Shown piece by piece: positions 20,181 to 30,791 of a DNA stretch of 61,816 nt (position 1 is its first letter; each line of letters opens with the position of its first letter). Both the position numbers and the translations under genes were made by a program. This DNA comes from Rickettsiales bacterium (GTDB lineage Bacteria > Pseudomonadota > Alphaproteobacteria > Rickettsiales > UBA8987). Location: contig JANRLM010000049.1 of assembly GCA_033762595.1 (NCBI GenBank), positions 1-61,816 of the forward strand, given 5' to 3'. The notes under the pieces are model-generated. The model had not been told where the DNA came from and ran no database searches. It saw only the letters and a list, made by a program, of their open reading frames with translations.

Positions 20181-21329
20181 TTATAGATTAATTGCTTCCA
20201 CTAAATTTTCAATTTGCTCTTTTGTGTGTGAGTTTGAGAAGGAAAACCTAAGCCTAGCTGTGTTTTTTGGTATAGTTGGTGGACGAATTGCGTGAACTAA
20301 AAACCCATTTTCTGCCAGTTTTTTACTCATCGAAACTGCTTTTTTACTATCGCCGATAATTATCGGAATTATTTGAGATTCTGGCTCTTTTATAATGAAA
20401 TCAGAATTTTTCTTTTTCATTAAACCATAAAAATATTTTGCATTTTCTAATGCAAATTTTCCGATATTTTTATTACTTAAAACAATTTCAACCGCTTTGT
20501 TGTTGCTTGCTAAAACTGAAGGTGGAAGTGCTGTGGAAAAAATTAGAGGCTTACATTTATTAACTAAAAAACTCTTAATGTTTTTAACGCCGCTTGCATA
20601 GCCGCCTAAGCCTGCAAAGGCTTTGGAGAGAGTTCCAATCTTAATAAAATTTTCATTTTTTATGGAATATTTTTGGGCAGAAAAATTAATATCATGAGCG
20701 AAATCAGCAATCACAAAAGAATCATATTTTTTGGCTATTTTATTTATTTTTTCAAGATCAGCTCTGTCGCCGTCCATACTAAAAACGGCCTCAGTAATAA
20801 TTCCGCAATTTTTGAAGTTTTTACGATTTTTTTCTAAAATCTGCTCTAAATTTTTATAATTATTATGATGAAATCTTTTAACTTCTGCACCACTTAAAAA
20901 ACTGCCTTCAATAATGCAAGAATGGCTTAATTTATCAATGACAAGCAAATCATTTTTACCAAAAATTGCTGAAATAATGCCAAGATTTGTAAGATATCCG
21001 CTAGAAAAAACCAAAGTTTCATCTGTTGAATTTAGCTTAGAAATATTATCTTCAAGATCTTTGTATAATTTATTATTGCCCGTTATAAGCCTGCTTGCAC
21101 CTGCACCCGTGCCATATTCATCAGTAGCTTTTTTGCTCGCTAGAATTAACCTTTTATCATTCGCAAGCCCAAGATAATCATTACAAGAAAAGCTGATATA
21201 TTCTTTATTATCACGAAATATTTTTGCAGGGCTTTTTCTTTCAGAAATGCTTAATTCCCTAAATCTATCCTCTGATTTCGCCTTTTCAATTTCTTGTAAA
21301 AATAAGTTATTTAATGAATTTTTTTTCAA
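20181..21329 (-). CDS. bioF: alpha-oxoamine synthase, most like 8-amino-7-oxononanoate synthase
   Basis: 382 aa with [20 protein letters not shown] and a SK lysine region (GTLSKAF). Other alpha-oxoamine synthases (Kbl, SPT) cannot be excluded by eye. Confidence 0.6.
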   Translation of the reverse strand: MKKNSLNNLFLQEIEKAKSEDRFRELSISERKSPAKIFRDNKEYISFSCNDYLGLANDKRLILASKKATDEYGTGAGASRLITGNNKLYKDLEDNISKLNSTDETLVFSSGYLTNLGIISAIFGKNDLLVIDKLSHSCIIEGSFLSGAEVKRFHHNNYKNLEQILEKNRKNFKNCGIITEAVFSMDGDRADLEKINKIAKKYDSFVIADFAHDINFSAQKYSIKNENFIKIGTLSKAFAGLGGYASGVKNIKSFLVNKCKPLIFSTALPPSVLASNNKAVEIVLSNKNIGKFALENAKYFYGLMKKKNSDFIIKEPESQIIPIIIGDSKKAVSMSKKLAENGFLVHAIRPPTIPKNTARLRFSFSNSHTKEQIENLVEAINL

Positions 21330-22234
21330 AAACTGCCTTTTTTAGTAACCTTATTATAATCAATTTCATTTGCTTGATTAAAATTATTTTCGCCTGCCAT
21401 TTGCTTCAATTTTTCAATGCGATTTGCAGGGTTTGGGTGCGTTGAAAACAAGCCATCAACTGCCCTTGCGTGTAGCGGGTTTATTATAAACATATGAGCA
21501 GTTGCTGGGTTTTCTTCCGCGGTTTGGTTATCAATAATTTGTGCTTTGCCAGATATTTTTTGTAAAGCTGAAGCAAGTGCAAGTGGTTTGCCAGAAATTT
21601 TTGCCCCAATTTCATCTGCTTGATATTCCCTTGTTCTTGAGATTGCCATTTGCACTAGCATTGCGGCAATTGGTGCAATAATTGAAACGATGAGAATTAC
21701 AAAACCATTTTGGTTGCGATTTTCTTGATTATTTCCACCACCAAAAAACATTGCAAAATTTGAAATCATAGAAATTGCCCCAGCAATAGTTGCGGTAATT
21801 GTCATTATTAGGGTATCTCTATTTTTTATATGAGCAATTTCGTGGGCAATTACGCCTTCAATTTCATCTTTATTTAGAATATTTAATAAGCCAGTAGTTA
21901 CAGCAACCACACCATTTTCAGGGTTTCTGCCTGTTGCAAATGCGTTCGGTTGCGGATTATTAATAATATAAATCTTCGGCATCGGAATTTCAGCGTTGTG
22001 CGATAATTTTTCAACCATTTCAAATATTTCAGGCGACTGCGATTTTTCAATCGGCTCAGCCTTATACATTTTTAGAACTATTTTATCAGAGTTATAATAA
22101 GCAAAAAAATTCATCAAAAATGCGATAAAAATGGCGATTATCATTCCACTCTGGCCGCCAATTAAAGCACCGACAAACCCCATAAAAGCGGTTAAGCCAG
22201 CAATTAAGATAAATGTTTTTGTATATGCAGGCAT
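21326..22234 (-). CDS. htpX: M48-family membrane protease HtpX
   Basis: 302 aa with the HEIAHI zinc motif, TM segments and the REYQAD motif. Confidence 0.9.
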   Translation of the reverse strand: MPAYTKTFILIAGLTAFMGFVGALIGGQSGMIIAIFIAFLMNFFAYYNSDKIVLKMYKAEPIEKSQSPEIFEMVEKLSHNAEIPMPKIYIINNPQPNAFATGRNPENGVVAVTTGLLNILNKDEIEGVIAHEIAHIKNRDTLIMTITATIAGAISMISNFAMFFGGGNNQENRNQNGFVILIVSIIAPIAAMLVQMAISRTREYQADEIGAKISGKPLALASALQKISGKAQIIDNQTAEENPATAHMFIINPLHARAVDGLFSTHPNPANRIEKLKQMAGENNFNQANEIDYNKVTKKGSF

Positions 22235-22286
22235 AGTGTTATTTGATTAATATAATACCAATATATAGTTAAATAATACAAAAATT

Positions 22287-23438
22287 TCAACTAAGACGCA
22301 TTTTGAAATCTTGATAATTAAAGGATTTTACAATTTCATAATCGCCATTTTTTCTTAAGATAGCTATATCAGGCAGGGCAATTCCATTAAAGGTAGTATT
22401 TTTAACCATTGTATATTGCATCATATCTTCAAAGATAATTTTATCCCCTGCTTTCACTTCTTTATCAAAGGAATATTCGCCGATAATATCGCCTGAAAGG
22501 CAGGTGTTGCCACCCATTAAATAAGTATATTTTTTCTCATTTGAAAGCCCTGAATTTATCACCCTAGGGCGATAAGGCATTTCAATAACATCTGGCATAT
22601 GTGCGGTTGCGGAAGTATCTAAAATCAAAATATTTTTCTGATTTCGGACAACATCTAAAACTGAGGCAACAAGCCAACCTGCATCATAGGCAATCGCACC
22701 GCCCGGTTCAAAAATAACTTCAATATGTGGATATTTATTTTTGAAATTTTTGACACGAGAAATTAATTTTTCCAAATTATAATCTGGGTGATTAATATAA
22801 TGACCACCGCCAAAATTAATCCAAGAAATTTTGCGGAAATATTGGCTGAATTTTGCCTCAATTTCATCAATCATTTTGATGGAATCTTCTGCTAAATTTT
22901 CACATAAAATATGAAAATGTAGCCCTGAAATTTTTTCAAATAATGCATCATTAATATTTTCAATATTTTCACCAAGCCTTGAACAAGGCGAGCAGGGATT
23001 ATACATTTCGCTATTTTTAACAAGGCTAAGCAAGGGGTTAACGCGAAGCCCGATATGTAAATTTTTATTTTGTGATTTTATTTTTTGATAAAATTTTTCT
23101 AGCTGAGAGATTGTATTAAATGAAAGATGATTTGAAATCGGGATTAATTTTTCAATATCTTCCTCAGTATAAGCTGGGGAATAAGTGTGAACTTCCTTGC
23201 CGAAAGTTTCATAGCCGAGCATCGCTTCATTAAAACCACTGGCGGTTGTGCCATCTAAATATTCGCGGATTAGCGGGAAAATTGCGAACATTGAAAAGCC
23301 TTTGAGTGCTAACACAATTTTGCAATTTGCTTCAGTTTTTAGCCTTTTTGCGGTTTCAAGATTTTTGATTAATTTCGCCTCATCAAGCACATAGGCTGGG
23401 GTTTTTATGTCCTTAAAAATTTCTGTGATATTTTTCAT
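22287..23438 (-). CDS. nspC: carboxynorspermidine decarboxylase
   Basis: The start was trimmed to the Met giving MKNITEIFKDIKTPAYVLDE (ATG at 23438), which removes the overlap with prs. The family pattern TPAYVLDE...GGG is present. Confidence 0.75.
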   Translation of the reverse strand: MKNITEIFKDIKTPAYVLDEAKLIKNLETAKRLKTEANCKIVLALKGFSMFAIFPLIREYLDGTTASGFNEAMLGYETFGKEVHTYSPAYTEEDIEKLIPISNHLSFNTISQLEKFYQKIKSQNKNLHIGLRVNPLLSLVKNSEMYNPCSPCSRLGENIENINDALFEKISGLHFHILCENLAEDSIKMIDEIEAKFSQYFRKISWINFGGGHYINHPDYNLEKLISRVKNFKNKYPHIEVIFEPGGAIAYDAGWLVASVLDVVRNQKNILILDTSATAHMPDVIEMPYRPRVINSGLSNEKKYTYLMGGNTCLSGDIIGEYSFDKEVKAGDKIIFEDMMQYTMVKNTTFNGIALPDIAILRKNGDYEIVKSFNYQDFKMRLS

Positions 23439-23439
23439 T

Positions 23440-24387
23440 TTAATCAAAAAGTGCGGAGATCGAAGTTTCATTAAATATACTCTGAATGCCTTTCGCAATA
23501 AGGGGCGCAACGGAAATTGTTTTAATTTTACTTTCTTTTTTGCCTTCCTCACTTAATGGAATTGAATCAGTGATATAAAGTGCTTCAAGCGATGAATTTT
23601 TAACCCTTTCAACCGCTTTGCCAGATAAAACGCCGTGCGTAATATAGGCTTTTACTGATTTTGCGCCCTTTTCTTTAAGTGCTTTTGCGGCGTTACATAG
23701 CGTTCCTGCGGAATCCGCGATATCATCAAATATAATGCAATGCTTACCTTCAACATCGCCAATTATATTCATAACCTCTGAAACGCCAGCTTTTTCACGG
23801 CGTTTGTCAACGATTGCTAAATCTACATCATTAAGCTTTTTGGAAAGCGATCTTGCCCTTGCAACCCCACCAACATCAGGGGATACAACAATTACATCAG
23901 ATAAATCTTTATGTTCATCTGTGATTTCCTTCACGAAAGCTGGGAGGGAATATAAATTATCAAGAGGAATATCAAAAAAACCTTGGATTTGTGCGGCGTG
24001 TAAATCCATGGTTAGAACTCTATTTGCACCGGCTGAGGTTATGATATTCGCCATTAATTTTGCAGAAATTGGTGTTCTTGGCCCCGGTTTTCTATCTTGC
24101 CTAGCATAGCCAAAATATGGGATAACCGCCGTAATCCGCTTGGCAGAAGCCCTACGCAATGCATCGAGACAAATCAGCAATTCCATCACATTATCATTAG
24201 TTGGAAAGCAAGTTGATTGAATCAAAAAAACATCTTCACCACGAACATTTTCCTGAACTTCAACCCAAACTTCATTATCTGCAAAACGCTTAACATCTGC
24301 CTTCATTAGCGGCACTTTGAGATTTTCAGAAATCGCCTTTGCAAGCTCTGGATTGCTATTACCAGAAAGTAATTTAAGCCCTGTCAT
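23440..24387 (-). CDS. prs: ribose-phosphate pyrophosphokinase
   Basis: 315 aa with [10 protein letters not shown] and DLHA...QGFF motifs and the PRPP-binding loop VSPDVGG. Confidence 0.95.
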   Translation of the reverse strand: MTGLKLLSGNSNPELAKAISENLKVPLMKADVKRFADNEVWVEVQENVRGEDVFLIQSTCFPTNDNVMELLICLDALRRASAKRITAVIPYFGYARQDRKPGPRTPISAKLMANIITSAGANRVLTMDLHAAQIQGFFDIPLDNLYSLPAFVKEITDEHKDLSDVIVVSPDVGGVARARSLSKKLNDVDLAIVDKRREKAGVSEVMNIIGDVEGKHCIIFDDIADSAGTLCNAAKALKEKGAKSVKAYITHGVLSGKAVERVKNSSLEALYITDSIPLSEEGKKESKIKTISVAPLIAKGIQSIFNETSISALFD

Positions 24388-24476
24388 AGTATTCAGTTGA
24401 TGGTTGATAGTTGATGGTTGATAGTGTAAATAGAGGAAAAATTCGTTTTTGTTAACACTTTATATAAAATAATTTT

Positions 24477-25991
24477 ATGCAGTCAGTTTTACTTTGTATT
24501 TTAGATGGGTGGGGGGTTAAAAAAGGTGGCGATTATGATGCCATAACCCAAGCAAAAACACCAAATTTTGATAGTTTTTTGAAAAGTTATCCTAATTCTT
24601 CAGTTAAAACTTATGGCAGAGCCGTTGGCTTGCCTGAAGGACAGATGGGCAATTCTGAAGTTGGACATATGAATATTGGTGGCGGGCGGATTATCGCAGG
24701 TTCACTTGGTAAAATTGATAATGGCGTTGCATATGATACGCTTAAAAATCACCCAATTATTGCTAACTCAGTTGCTAATCTAAAAAAGAATAATTCGCAA
24801 ATTCATATAATGGGATTGGCTTCTGATGGTGGCGTGCATAGTCATATTGATCACATAATTTATATGGCAAAATCATATGCGGAAGCGGGCGTTAATGTTA
24901 AGATGCACCTATTTACTGATGGGCGAGATACTAGCCCGAAATCTGCCGAGAAATATATTTCATCTCTAATTGAAAAACTAAAACCATATAAAAATATTGA
25001 ACTCGCAACGCTTGGCGGAAGGTTTTATGGTATGGATCGCGATAATAGATGGGAAAGGGTTGAGGCCGCTTACAACGCAATAGTTAATGCGAAAGCTGAA
25101 AATAGTTTCTCAAATGCGATAGATTATATTAAAAATTCTTATGCAAATGATGTTACTGATGAATTTATCAAGCCTGCCACAAATCAATCCTATAAAGGCT
25201 TTCAAGCAGGCGACTCAATTTTAATGTGTAATTTTAGAGCTGATAGAGTTAGGGAAATTTTAACCGCAATAGTAGAAGAAAATTTTGATGGTTTTAATCG
25301 CACAAAACCTATTATATCCGAGTCGATAGGAATGGTGGAATATTCTGAAAAATTAAATCAAAAACTACAAACTATTTTCCCATCGGAATCTGTAAAAAAC
25401 ACTTTGGGTGAAGTAATTTCTGCAAATAATTTGAAGCAATTAAGAATTTCTGAAACGGAAAAATATGCTCATATAACTTTCTTTTTTAATGGCGGTGCTG
25501 AATCAGTTTTCAAGGGCGAGGAAAGAATTTTAGTGCCTTCCCCCAAAGTTGCAACCTATGATTTGAAGCCGGAAATGTCAGCATATCAAGTTACTGAAAA
25601 ACTTGTTGAAGCTATTAAATCAAAAGAATTTTCTCTGATTGTTTGTAATTTCGCAAATGGTGATATGGTTGGGCATACTGGCGTTTTACCTGCCGCAATC
25701 AAAGCGGTTGAAGTATTAGATGAGTGTTTAGGTAAGCTCAAAAAAGCAATTGATGAAACCGGAATGGCGATGATTATAACTGCTGATCACGGCAATGTTG
25801 AAGAAATGCTTGATGAAAACGGGCAACCACACACACAACACACAGTGGGTTCGGTGCCGTTTATAATTGTGAATTCAAATAAAAATATTTCTGTTATAAA
25901 AGATGGAAGCCTTTGCGATATAGCCCCAACAATCTTGAAATTGATGGATACCCCTCAGCCAGAGGAGATGACTGGCAAGGCTTTATTTTAA
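24477..25991 (+). CDS. gpmI: 2,3-bisphosphoglycerate-independent phosphoglycerate mutase
   Basis: 504 aa with MGNSEVGHMNIGGGR and ADHGN motifs. Confidence 0.93.
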   Translation: MQSVLLCILDGWGVKKGGDYDAITQAKTPNFDSFLKSYPNSSVKTYGRAVGLPEGQMGNSEVGHMNIGGGRIIAGSLGKIDNGVAYDTLKNHPIIANSVANLKKNNSQIHIMGLASDGGVHSHIDHIIYMAKSYAEAGVNVKMHLFTDGRDTSPKSAEKYISSLIEKLKPYKNIELATLGGRFYGMDRDNRWERVEAAYNAIVNAKAENSFSNAIDYIKNSYANDVTDEFIKPATNQSYKGFQAGDSILMCNFRADRVREILTAIVEENFDGFNRTKPIISESIGMVEYSEKLNQKLQTIFPSESVKNTLGEVISANNLKQLRISETEKYAHITFFFNGGAESVFKGEERILVPSPKVATYDLKPEMSAYQVTEKLVEAIKSKEFSLIVCNFANGDMVGHTGVLPAAIKAVEVLDECLGKLKKAIDETGMAMIITADHGNVEEMLDENGQPHTQHTVGSVPFIIVNSNKNISVIKDGSLCDIAPTILKLMDTPQPEEMTGKALF

Positions 25992-27146
25992 CCTCTTATA
26001 AACATTGATGGTAAGGTCATCATCAAAGGTAGTTTTGCCGATATAATTAGAAAATTTTGAGAATAATAAATCAGCAATTTCTTGAGCGGAACTTCCATTC
26101 ACTTTTGAGAGAGTTTTGCTTATTTTATCTTCATTAAAGAATTCTCCTTGAGAATTTACACTTTCATTAAGTGCATCACTGAACACAAGCAAAACATCAT
26201 TTTTGCTAAAATCTTCTGTAACAATGCTATATATTGTATCTCTATTTGCACCTATTGGCAATGCGTTTGAAACTAAATTTTTTACTTCACCATTTTCTTT
26301 ACATAACATTGGGTATGGCGCACCAGCATTAGAAAAACTTAGTGTATTTTTTGCTATATCAATAACACCAAAAAACATAGTGGCATATTGCCCAATTGGC
26401 ATAATTTCACAAAGGACATTATTTATTTTATGTAAAAACTCTGAGATATTAATGTCTGCTTTCAAATTTTCTTCAATTAGGCTGTGAACCCTAAAAGTAT
26501 TCATCGCAGAGGCTATTCCGTGGCCAGTCAAATCAACGCAATAAATAACAATTTGGTTTTCATTCAGTATTTTTATTGACCAAAAATCGCCACCTAATTC
26601 CGAGCTTGGTTGAAATATGAAGCCTGTTTCAATGCCAACTTTTTCCTTAATTAAATTTAGTTTTTCCGAAGATGGAATAATTGATGCCTGTAAGAATTTT
26701 GCTTTTTCAAGCTCCTCACTAATTCTTTTTCTATAGGTAGAGTTTTCAAGATGGATTGTGCATCTTGTAAGAAATTCTTCCTTCTGAACTGGTTTTAGAA
26801 TAACATCATTAGCACCATTTATGAAAGCATCATTTACATCTTTATTATTACTTGATGCGGTATGAACTAAAATTGCAATATCAGAAATTGCTGGGTTACT
26901 TCTAATTTCTTTAATAAGCTCAAAACCTGAAAGTTTAGGCATAAAAATATCGCAGACCAAAATTCTGGGATATATTTCTTTAACTAGATCAAGTGCTTCC
27001 TTACCATCTTTGGCAAAATGAAGGTTTCTAAATCCGGCTTCGCGAAGATATTTTTCAGAAATTTTTCTACTAATTTCACTATCGTCTGCAACCAAAACGG
27101 GCAAATCAAGCAAGCTAGATTGCTCTTTGAGAATTTTTTGATACAT
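25983..27146 (-). CDS. response-regulator receiver domain fused to a PP2C/SpoIIE-type phosphatase (RsbU-like)
   Basis: 387 aa. The N-terminal REC domain has VLVADD...D(I)FMP...K. The C-terminal part has GGDFW...DLTGHG...SDAL, typical of SpoIIE/PP2C. Confidence 0.8.
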   Translation of the reverse strand: MYQKILKEQSSLLDLPVLVADDSEISRKISEKYLREAGFRNLHFAKDGKEALDLVKEIYPRILVCDIFMPKLSGFELIKEIRSNPAISDIAILVHTASSNNKDVNDAFINGANDVILKPVQKEEFLTRCTIHLENSTYRKRISEELEKAKFLQASIIPSSEKLNLIKEKVGIETGFIFQPSSELGGDFWSIKILNENQIVIYCVDLTGHGIASAMNTFRVHSLIEENLKADINISEFLHKINNVLCEIMPIGQYATMFFGVIDIAKNTLSFSNAGAPYPMLCKENGEVKNLVSNALPIGANRDTIYSIVTEDFSKNDVLLVFSDALNESVNSQGEFFNEDKISKTLSKVNGSSAQEIADLLFSKFSNYIGKTTFDDDLTINVYKRLK

Positions 27147-27191
27147 TAATAAGTAATTATTCTATGATAACTAATTTTAATTTAACTAAAG

Positions 27192-27221
27192 CAAAAAAAA
27201 AGCCAACTTAAAAGTTGGCTT
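27192..27221 (-). terminator. rho-independent terminator after rpmG
   Basis: On the minus strand, AAGCCAACTT-TT-AAGTTGGCTT is followed by T8. Confidence 0.65.
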
Positions 27222-27245
27222 TAGGGTATAAAAACAATTAAAAAA

Positions 27246-27413
27246 TTATTTATATTTTTTCTCAACGAATTTAACATGCTTTCTTGCAACAGGGTCAAAT
27301 TTATTGAACTCCATTTTACCTTGTTGCTTTTTAGGATTTTTTTTCGCGATTTTGTAATAGCCAGTGCCAGCTGTGCTTTCCATTCTAACTATAACTGTGT
27401 TTTTCTTTGCCAT
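27246..27413 (-). CDS. rpmG: 50S ribosomal protein L33
   Basis: Not in the ORF track (55 aa, below cutoff). It translates to MAKKNTVIVRMESTAGTGYYKIAKKNPKKQQGKMEFNKFDPVARKHVKFVEKKYK, the canonical L33 pattern. Confidence 0.85.
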   Translation of the reverse strand: MAKKNTVIVRMESTAGTGYYKIAKKNPKKQQGKMEFNKFDPVARKHVKFVEKKYK

Positions 27414-27535
27414 ACTAAATTACCTTGCTTAATTTTATAGCTGTGAGATATATATTTATTAATGAATAAATCAAGTTTTATTTCTAGATAAAATAAGGTG
27501 CGTTCACGTAGGCAGATTTTAGCTTCTTAAGCACC

Positions 27536-27639
27536 AATTGTCACCCCGTGCTTGTCACGGGGTTAATGGTTGGAAGTGCCTTTATGTTTGAGGTTTGAGC
27601 GTGTTTTATTGTTAACCCCGCAATAAATGCGGGGTGACA
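27536..27639. repeat. MITE-like palindromic element, copy 2
   Basis: AATTGTCACCCCGtgcttgtCACGGGGTTAATGG ... GTTAACCCCGCAATAAATGCGGGGTGACA, with the same architecture and core as copies 1, 4 and 5. Confidence 0.8.
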
Positions 27640-27682
27640 AAGGTGGAAAAACATCAGAAAATATATTAAATCATTGATATAT

Positions 27683-28900
27683 ATGAGGATTATTACTAAC
27701 AACTCGGAAGCTAAACTAGTTGATTTTGCCAATTCCAGCAGGCATTCGCAATCTGATAACTACGCCGTTCACTTTAGGCTTAGTAAGCTAACAGAAACTT
27801 ATAAGAATGATTTTCACATAAAAATTGCTGTAAATATATTGAATGATATTTTCCGCGAAGAAATTGGCGAAATTGTTAGAATGTCAAATCTTGATGTATT
27901 TCTGCTTTATCGTGGGGCTGATAAATTGCTACTTAATAAGGCTATATTTCAGTTGAGGTATTTATTTTTTGATGATCCGCTTTCAAACCTTCCAGATGGC
28001 AGAGAAAATAAAGAATTCTGTGAAACTTATGATTTGAATTTTCAGTGGCAACAATTTTCAAGCCTAGCCTCCAAAATTATGTCTGAGGCTATGCTTAAAG
28101 AGCTTGGCAAAGACACGCTAACTCTCAGTGAAGAAAATTCCATTAAACAACCAGCGGTTAAATTATTTCCAGATATTGAAAAAGAAATTGCCGAAACAAA
28201 ATTAGATTCCGCCATCAGAAAACAACCAGTTTGCACTATTAAAGATTTAATAAATCCAATTCCAAAGCCATTATATAATGAAATTTATATAAATATTCCC
28301 TTTTTGCAAAGAATGCTTGATACAAATTTCAAGCTGACTTCAAATAAATGGCTATTTAATTTTTTGACTGAAAAATTAGATGAAAAAGTTTTGGAAATTG
28401 TAAGCACCAACCCAGAGAGCTTTCTTTACATGCCAATAAGCTTGAACTTAAATTTAAGCTCTGTGCTATCAAAAGATTTTGCAGAATTTAGTGAGATTGC
28501 AAAAGATTTCAAAAGCCAGCTTGTTATTGAAATAACTGCATCAGATGTGCTTTCTGATATTTATTCATTTCAAAAAGTAAAAGATTTATCTCAGAAAAGA
28601 AATCATAAAATATGTTTAGATGGGCTTAATAATGAGAGTTTTCTTCATATAAACCGCAAAAAACTAGGGTTTGACCTTGTAAAGTTGCAATGGAATGCTG
28701 ATGTTAAAGGGGATTTATTCTCTAAAAAAGAAAATCAACCCGTCCGAGATGCGATAGCAGATGCAGGTGCGAATCGCTTGATTTTATGTCGCTGTGATGA
28801 CATTCACGCTATAGAATATGGCCACGCTTTAGGAATTAGCTTGTTTCAAGGTAGATATCCTGATAGATTACTTAATCCACAAAGTATGGTTATTAATTAG
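27683..28900 (+). CDS. degenerate EAL-like domain protein (catalytic residues mostly replaced)
   Basis: The start was moved to the first ATG (the ORF track begins at a TTG at 27674). The C-terminal half aligns by eye to the EAL fold. IEITAS stands for ELTES, LDGLNNESF for DDFGTGYSS, VKLQ for (L)KID, and CRCDD...GISLFQGRY for AEGVE...QGY. Confidence 0.5.
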   Translation: MRIITNNSEAKLVDFANSSRHSQSDNYAVHFRLSKLTETYKNDFHIKIAVNILNDIFREEIGEIVRMSNLDVFLLYRGADKLLLNKAIFQLRYLFFDDPLSNLPDGRENKEFCETYDLNFQWQQFSSLASKIMSEAMLKELGKDTLTLSEENSIKQPAVKLFPDIEKEIAETKLDSAIRKQPVCTIKDLINPIPKPLYNEIYINIPFLQRMLDTNFKLTSNKWLFNFLTEKLDEKVLEIVSTNPESFLYMPISLNLNLSSVLSKDFAEFSEIAKDFKSQLVIEITASDVLSDIYSFQKVKDLSQKRNHKICLDGLNNESFLHINRKKLGFDLVKLQWNADVKGDLFSKKENQPVRDAIADAGANRLILCRCDDIHAIEYGHALGISLFQGRYPDRLLNPQSMVIN

Positions 28901-28905
28901 GGGTT

Positions 28906-29778
28906 ATGTATTTAAGAAAAGGAAATCTCAAATTTGTTATTGAACAAAATAACCCTGAAAAATCTCTCAAAATTTCGCAATTCAGAAAATCTGTAGATGA
29001 TAGAAGGGGCGGGGATTATTTCGGATATGACGAAGATGCAATAGTTGGTAAAGATTTTAGAATTTTACTGCCTGAGGATATAAAAGAAATTTTTGATGAA
29101 AACCTTGATTTTGCCTTTGATGGCAATGATCTTAAAGATATTGTAAGCCACATAATTACATTCAAAATAAAAAATGCAGGCGGTGAAGTTATTGATATGA
29201 ACGCCTTTGCTGAGCGTGATATTTCTACAGAAGAAAAACAGCAGTTTAACCTGATTTTAGAGAAAAAATATTTCCTTCGGGATAAAGTAAAATCAATCCT
29301 GCAAGAATTATCACACACTAAAAATGCTATTGATGAACACACAAAATTAATAAATCACGATGTGTTTGTTCATACCCTTGATGAAATAATGGATTATCTA
29401 TATGAAATTAAGGTTGAATCGGTGCTTTTAATTTTATCAGTGGAAGGTTTTTCAAATATTAGAAAAAGCGATGGCAAGGATAAATCAGATGAAATAATTT
29501 CAAAAATTGCTGAAGTTATAAGTTCAAACTTTAGAGCTAGAGATGTAGTTTCCTATTTAGGATTAGGCAAATTTGCGGTTGCAATGCTTAGAACCTTTGA
29601 TGATGAAGTTGTTTATCCCCTTAAAAGGCTTGAATCTAATCTTAAACTTGCAGACATCTTTAAATATGATATATCTATTAATGCTCGCTTCGAGAGGATA
29701 GATGTTGGTCTTAAAGCTGCTGATATGATTGATTTAGTTAAAGCATCGCAAGTTAAGCTTACCATAAATAAAAATTGA
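28906..29778 (+). CDS. PAS-like plus degenerate GGDEF domain protein (GLGKF in place of GGDEF)
   Basis: 290 aa. The N-terminal YFGYDEDAIVGKDFRILLPE is PAS-like. The C-terminal LLILSVEGFSNIRKSDGKDKSDEIISKIAEVISSNFRARDVVSYLGLGKFAVAML follows the GGDEF domain layout with the active site replaced. Confidence 0.55.
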   Translation: MYLRKGNLKFVIEQNNPEKSLKISQFRKSVDDRRGGDYFGYDEDAIVGKDFRILLPEDIKEIFDENLDFAFDGNDLKDIVSHIITFKIKNAGGEVIDMNAFAERDISTEEKQQFNLILEKKYFLRDKVKSILQELSHTKNAIDEHTKLINHDVFVHTLDEIMDYLYEIKVESVLLILSVEGFSNIRKSDGKDKSDEIISKIAEVISSNFRARDVVSYLGLGKFAVAMLRTFDDEVVYPLKRLESNLKLADIFKYDISINARFERIDVGLKAADMIDLVKASQVKLTINKN

Positions 29779-29781
29779 TTC

Positions 29782-30630
29782 ATGCTATTCAAAAAAGAAA
29801 AACAACAGCAACAATCTAACAAGCAAATTCCTGATTATGGGCAGAAGATTTTTAAGGCTGCCGCTTTTGTTTTTCTTATTTTTGTTTTATATGAAACATA
29901 TTCTAATGACTTAAAAAATAGGCTTTCAAATTCTAGCGAAGATGAAATTCCTGAACAAGTTTCGCAGGCTAGGATTAATCAAAAAGTGCAAGAAGCCTTT
30001 GATAAAATGTATGAAAATCCTGAATATAAGAAAATCCAAGATTTTGTTAATTACATTGATAAAAACATAGATAAAAACAACGGCACTGCACTTAAAACTC
30101 CCTCGGGTTACTTGTTATTTCTACCTTTTGATTCTGTTTTTAATAGCAACGCTATAAACAGTAAGATTGTTATAAAATCTGAAGAAACTGAATTTTATGT
30201 TGATTATAAAATTACTCATAAGGCAATCGAAGCCCCAAATTCAAACATTGTTCAGCAAGCTAGAAATAGCGATATTCAAGAGTTAAAAGAAAATATTGAA
30301 AAGACTGAAAAAAACATTTTATTAGAAGAAATAGCTAAGAAAAATGGCAAAGTTATTAATCTTATAGATAAAGATTTACCAAAGCCAGTTGCATATATAG
30401 AAAATAATCACTCAGCAAAAGCTAGTAATTTACCAAAATCTCTGGCTCAAAAAATTGAAACTAAACCAACAGATAATCCAGAAGAAAAGAAATTCAGAAA
30501 AGTTGCTGAGAAGCAAAAAAATAAACCTGTTGCTACTAGTAAAAAGCAGGAAACTCTCCCTTCGGATAATAATATAAAGCCTGTCTCGGAAGCAATAATA
30601 AAAAAGCCAATAGATTTGAAATTGGATTAA
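29782..30630 (+). CDS. membrane-anchored Lys/Glu-rich protein, function unknown
   Basis: 282 aa with a single N-terminal TM segment (AAAFVFLIFVLY) and a low-complexity lysine-rich tail. It starts 3 nt after the previous gene, so it is in the same operon. Confidence 0.4.
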   Translation: MLFKKEKQQQQSNKQIPDYGQKIFKAAAFVFLIFVLYETYSNDLKNRLSNSSEDEIPEQVSQARINQKVQEAFDKMYENPEYKKIQDFVNYIDKNIDKNNGTALKTPSGYLLFLPFDSVFNSNAINSKIVIKSEETEFYVDYKITHKAIEAPNSNIVQQARNSDIQELKENIEKTEKNILLEEIAKKNGKVINLIDKDLPKPVAYIENNHSAKASNLPKSLAQKIETKPTDNPEEKKFRKVAEKQKNKPVATSKKQETLPSDNNIKPVSEAIIKKPIDLKLD

Positions 30631-30791
30631 TTTTTTAATCAATTGTAATTTAGCCACATTTGTAAATTTTCATAAAATTTGAAATAAAATTGAACTGAAA
30701 GATTTTGCTAATCATCAAGTTTTAATGTAAATATTGTAATGGGCATGTAGCCTATACCTTTTTTTTAACAACAATCCAAGTAGGAGGTTCT

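Noticed and set aside
27541-27732. 63-aa minus-strand ORF
   Set aside because: It is composed mostly of MITE-like element copy 2 and overlaps the start of the EAL-like gene. It has no coding signal.
30728-30757. Sigma-28 (FliA)-like promoter upstream of the flagellin gene: TAAA ... GCCTATAC
   Set aside because: The -10-like GCCTATAC matches GCCGATAA at 6 of 8 positions. However, the TAAA lies 18 nt upstream instead of the canonical 15, and no better -35 is present. This is too weak to call in AT-rich DNA.
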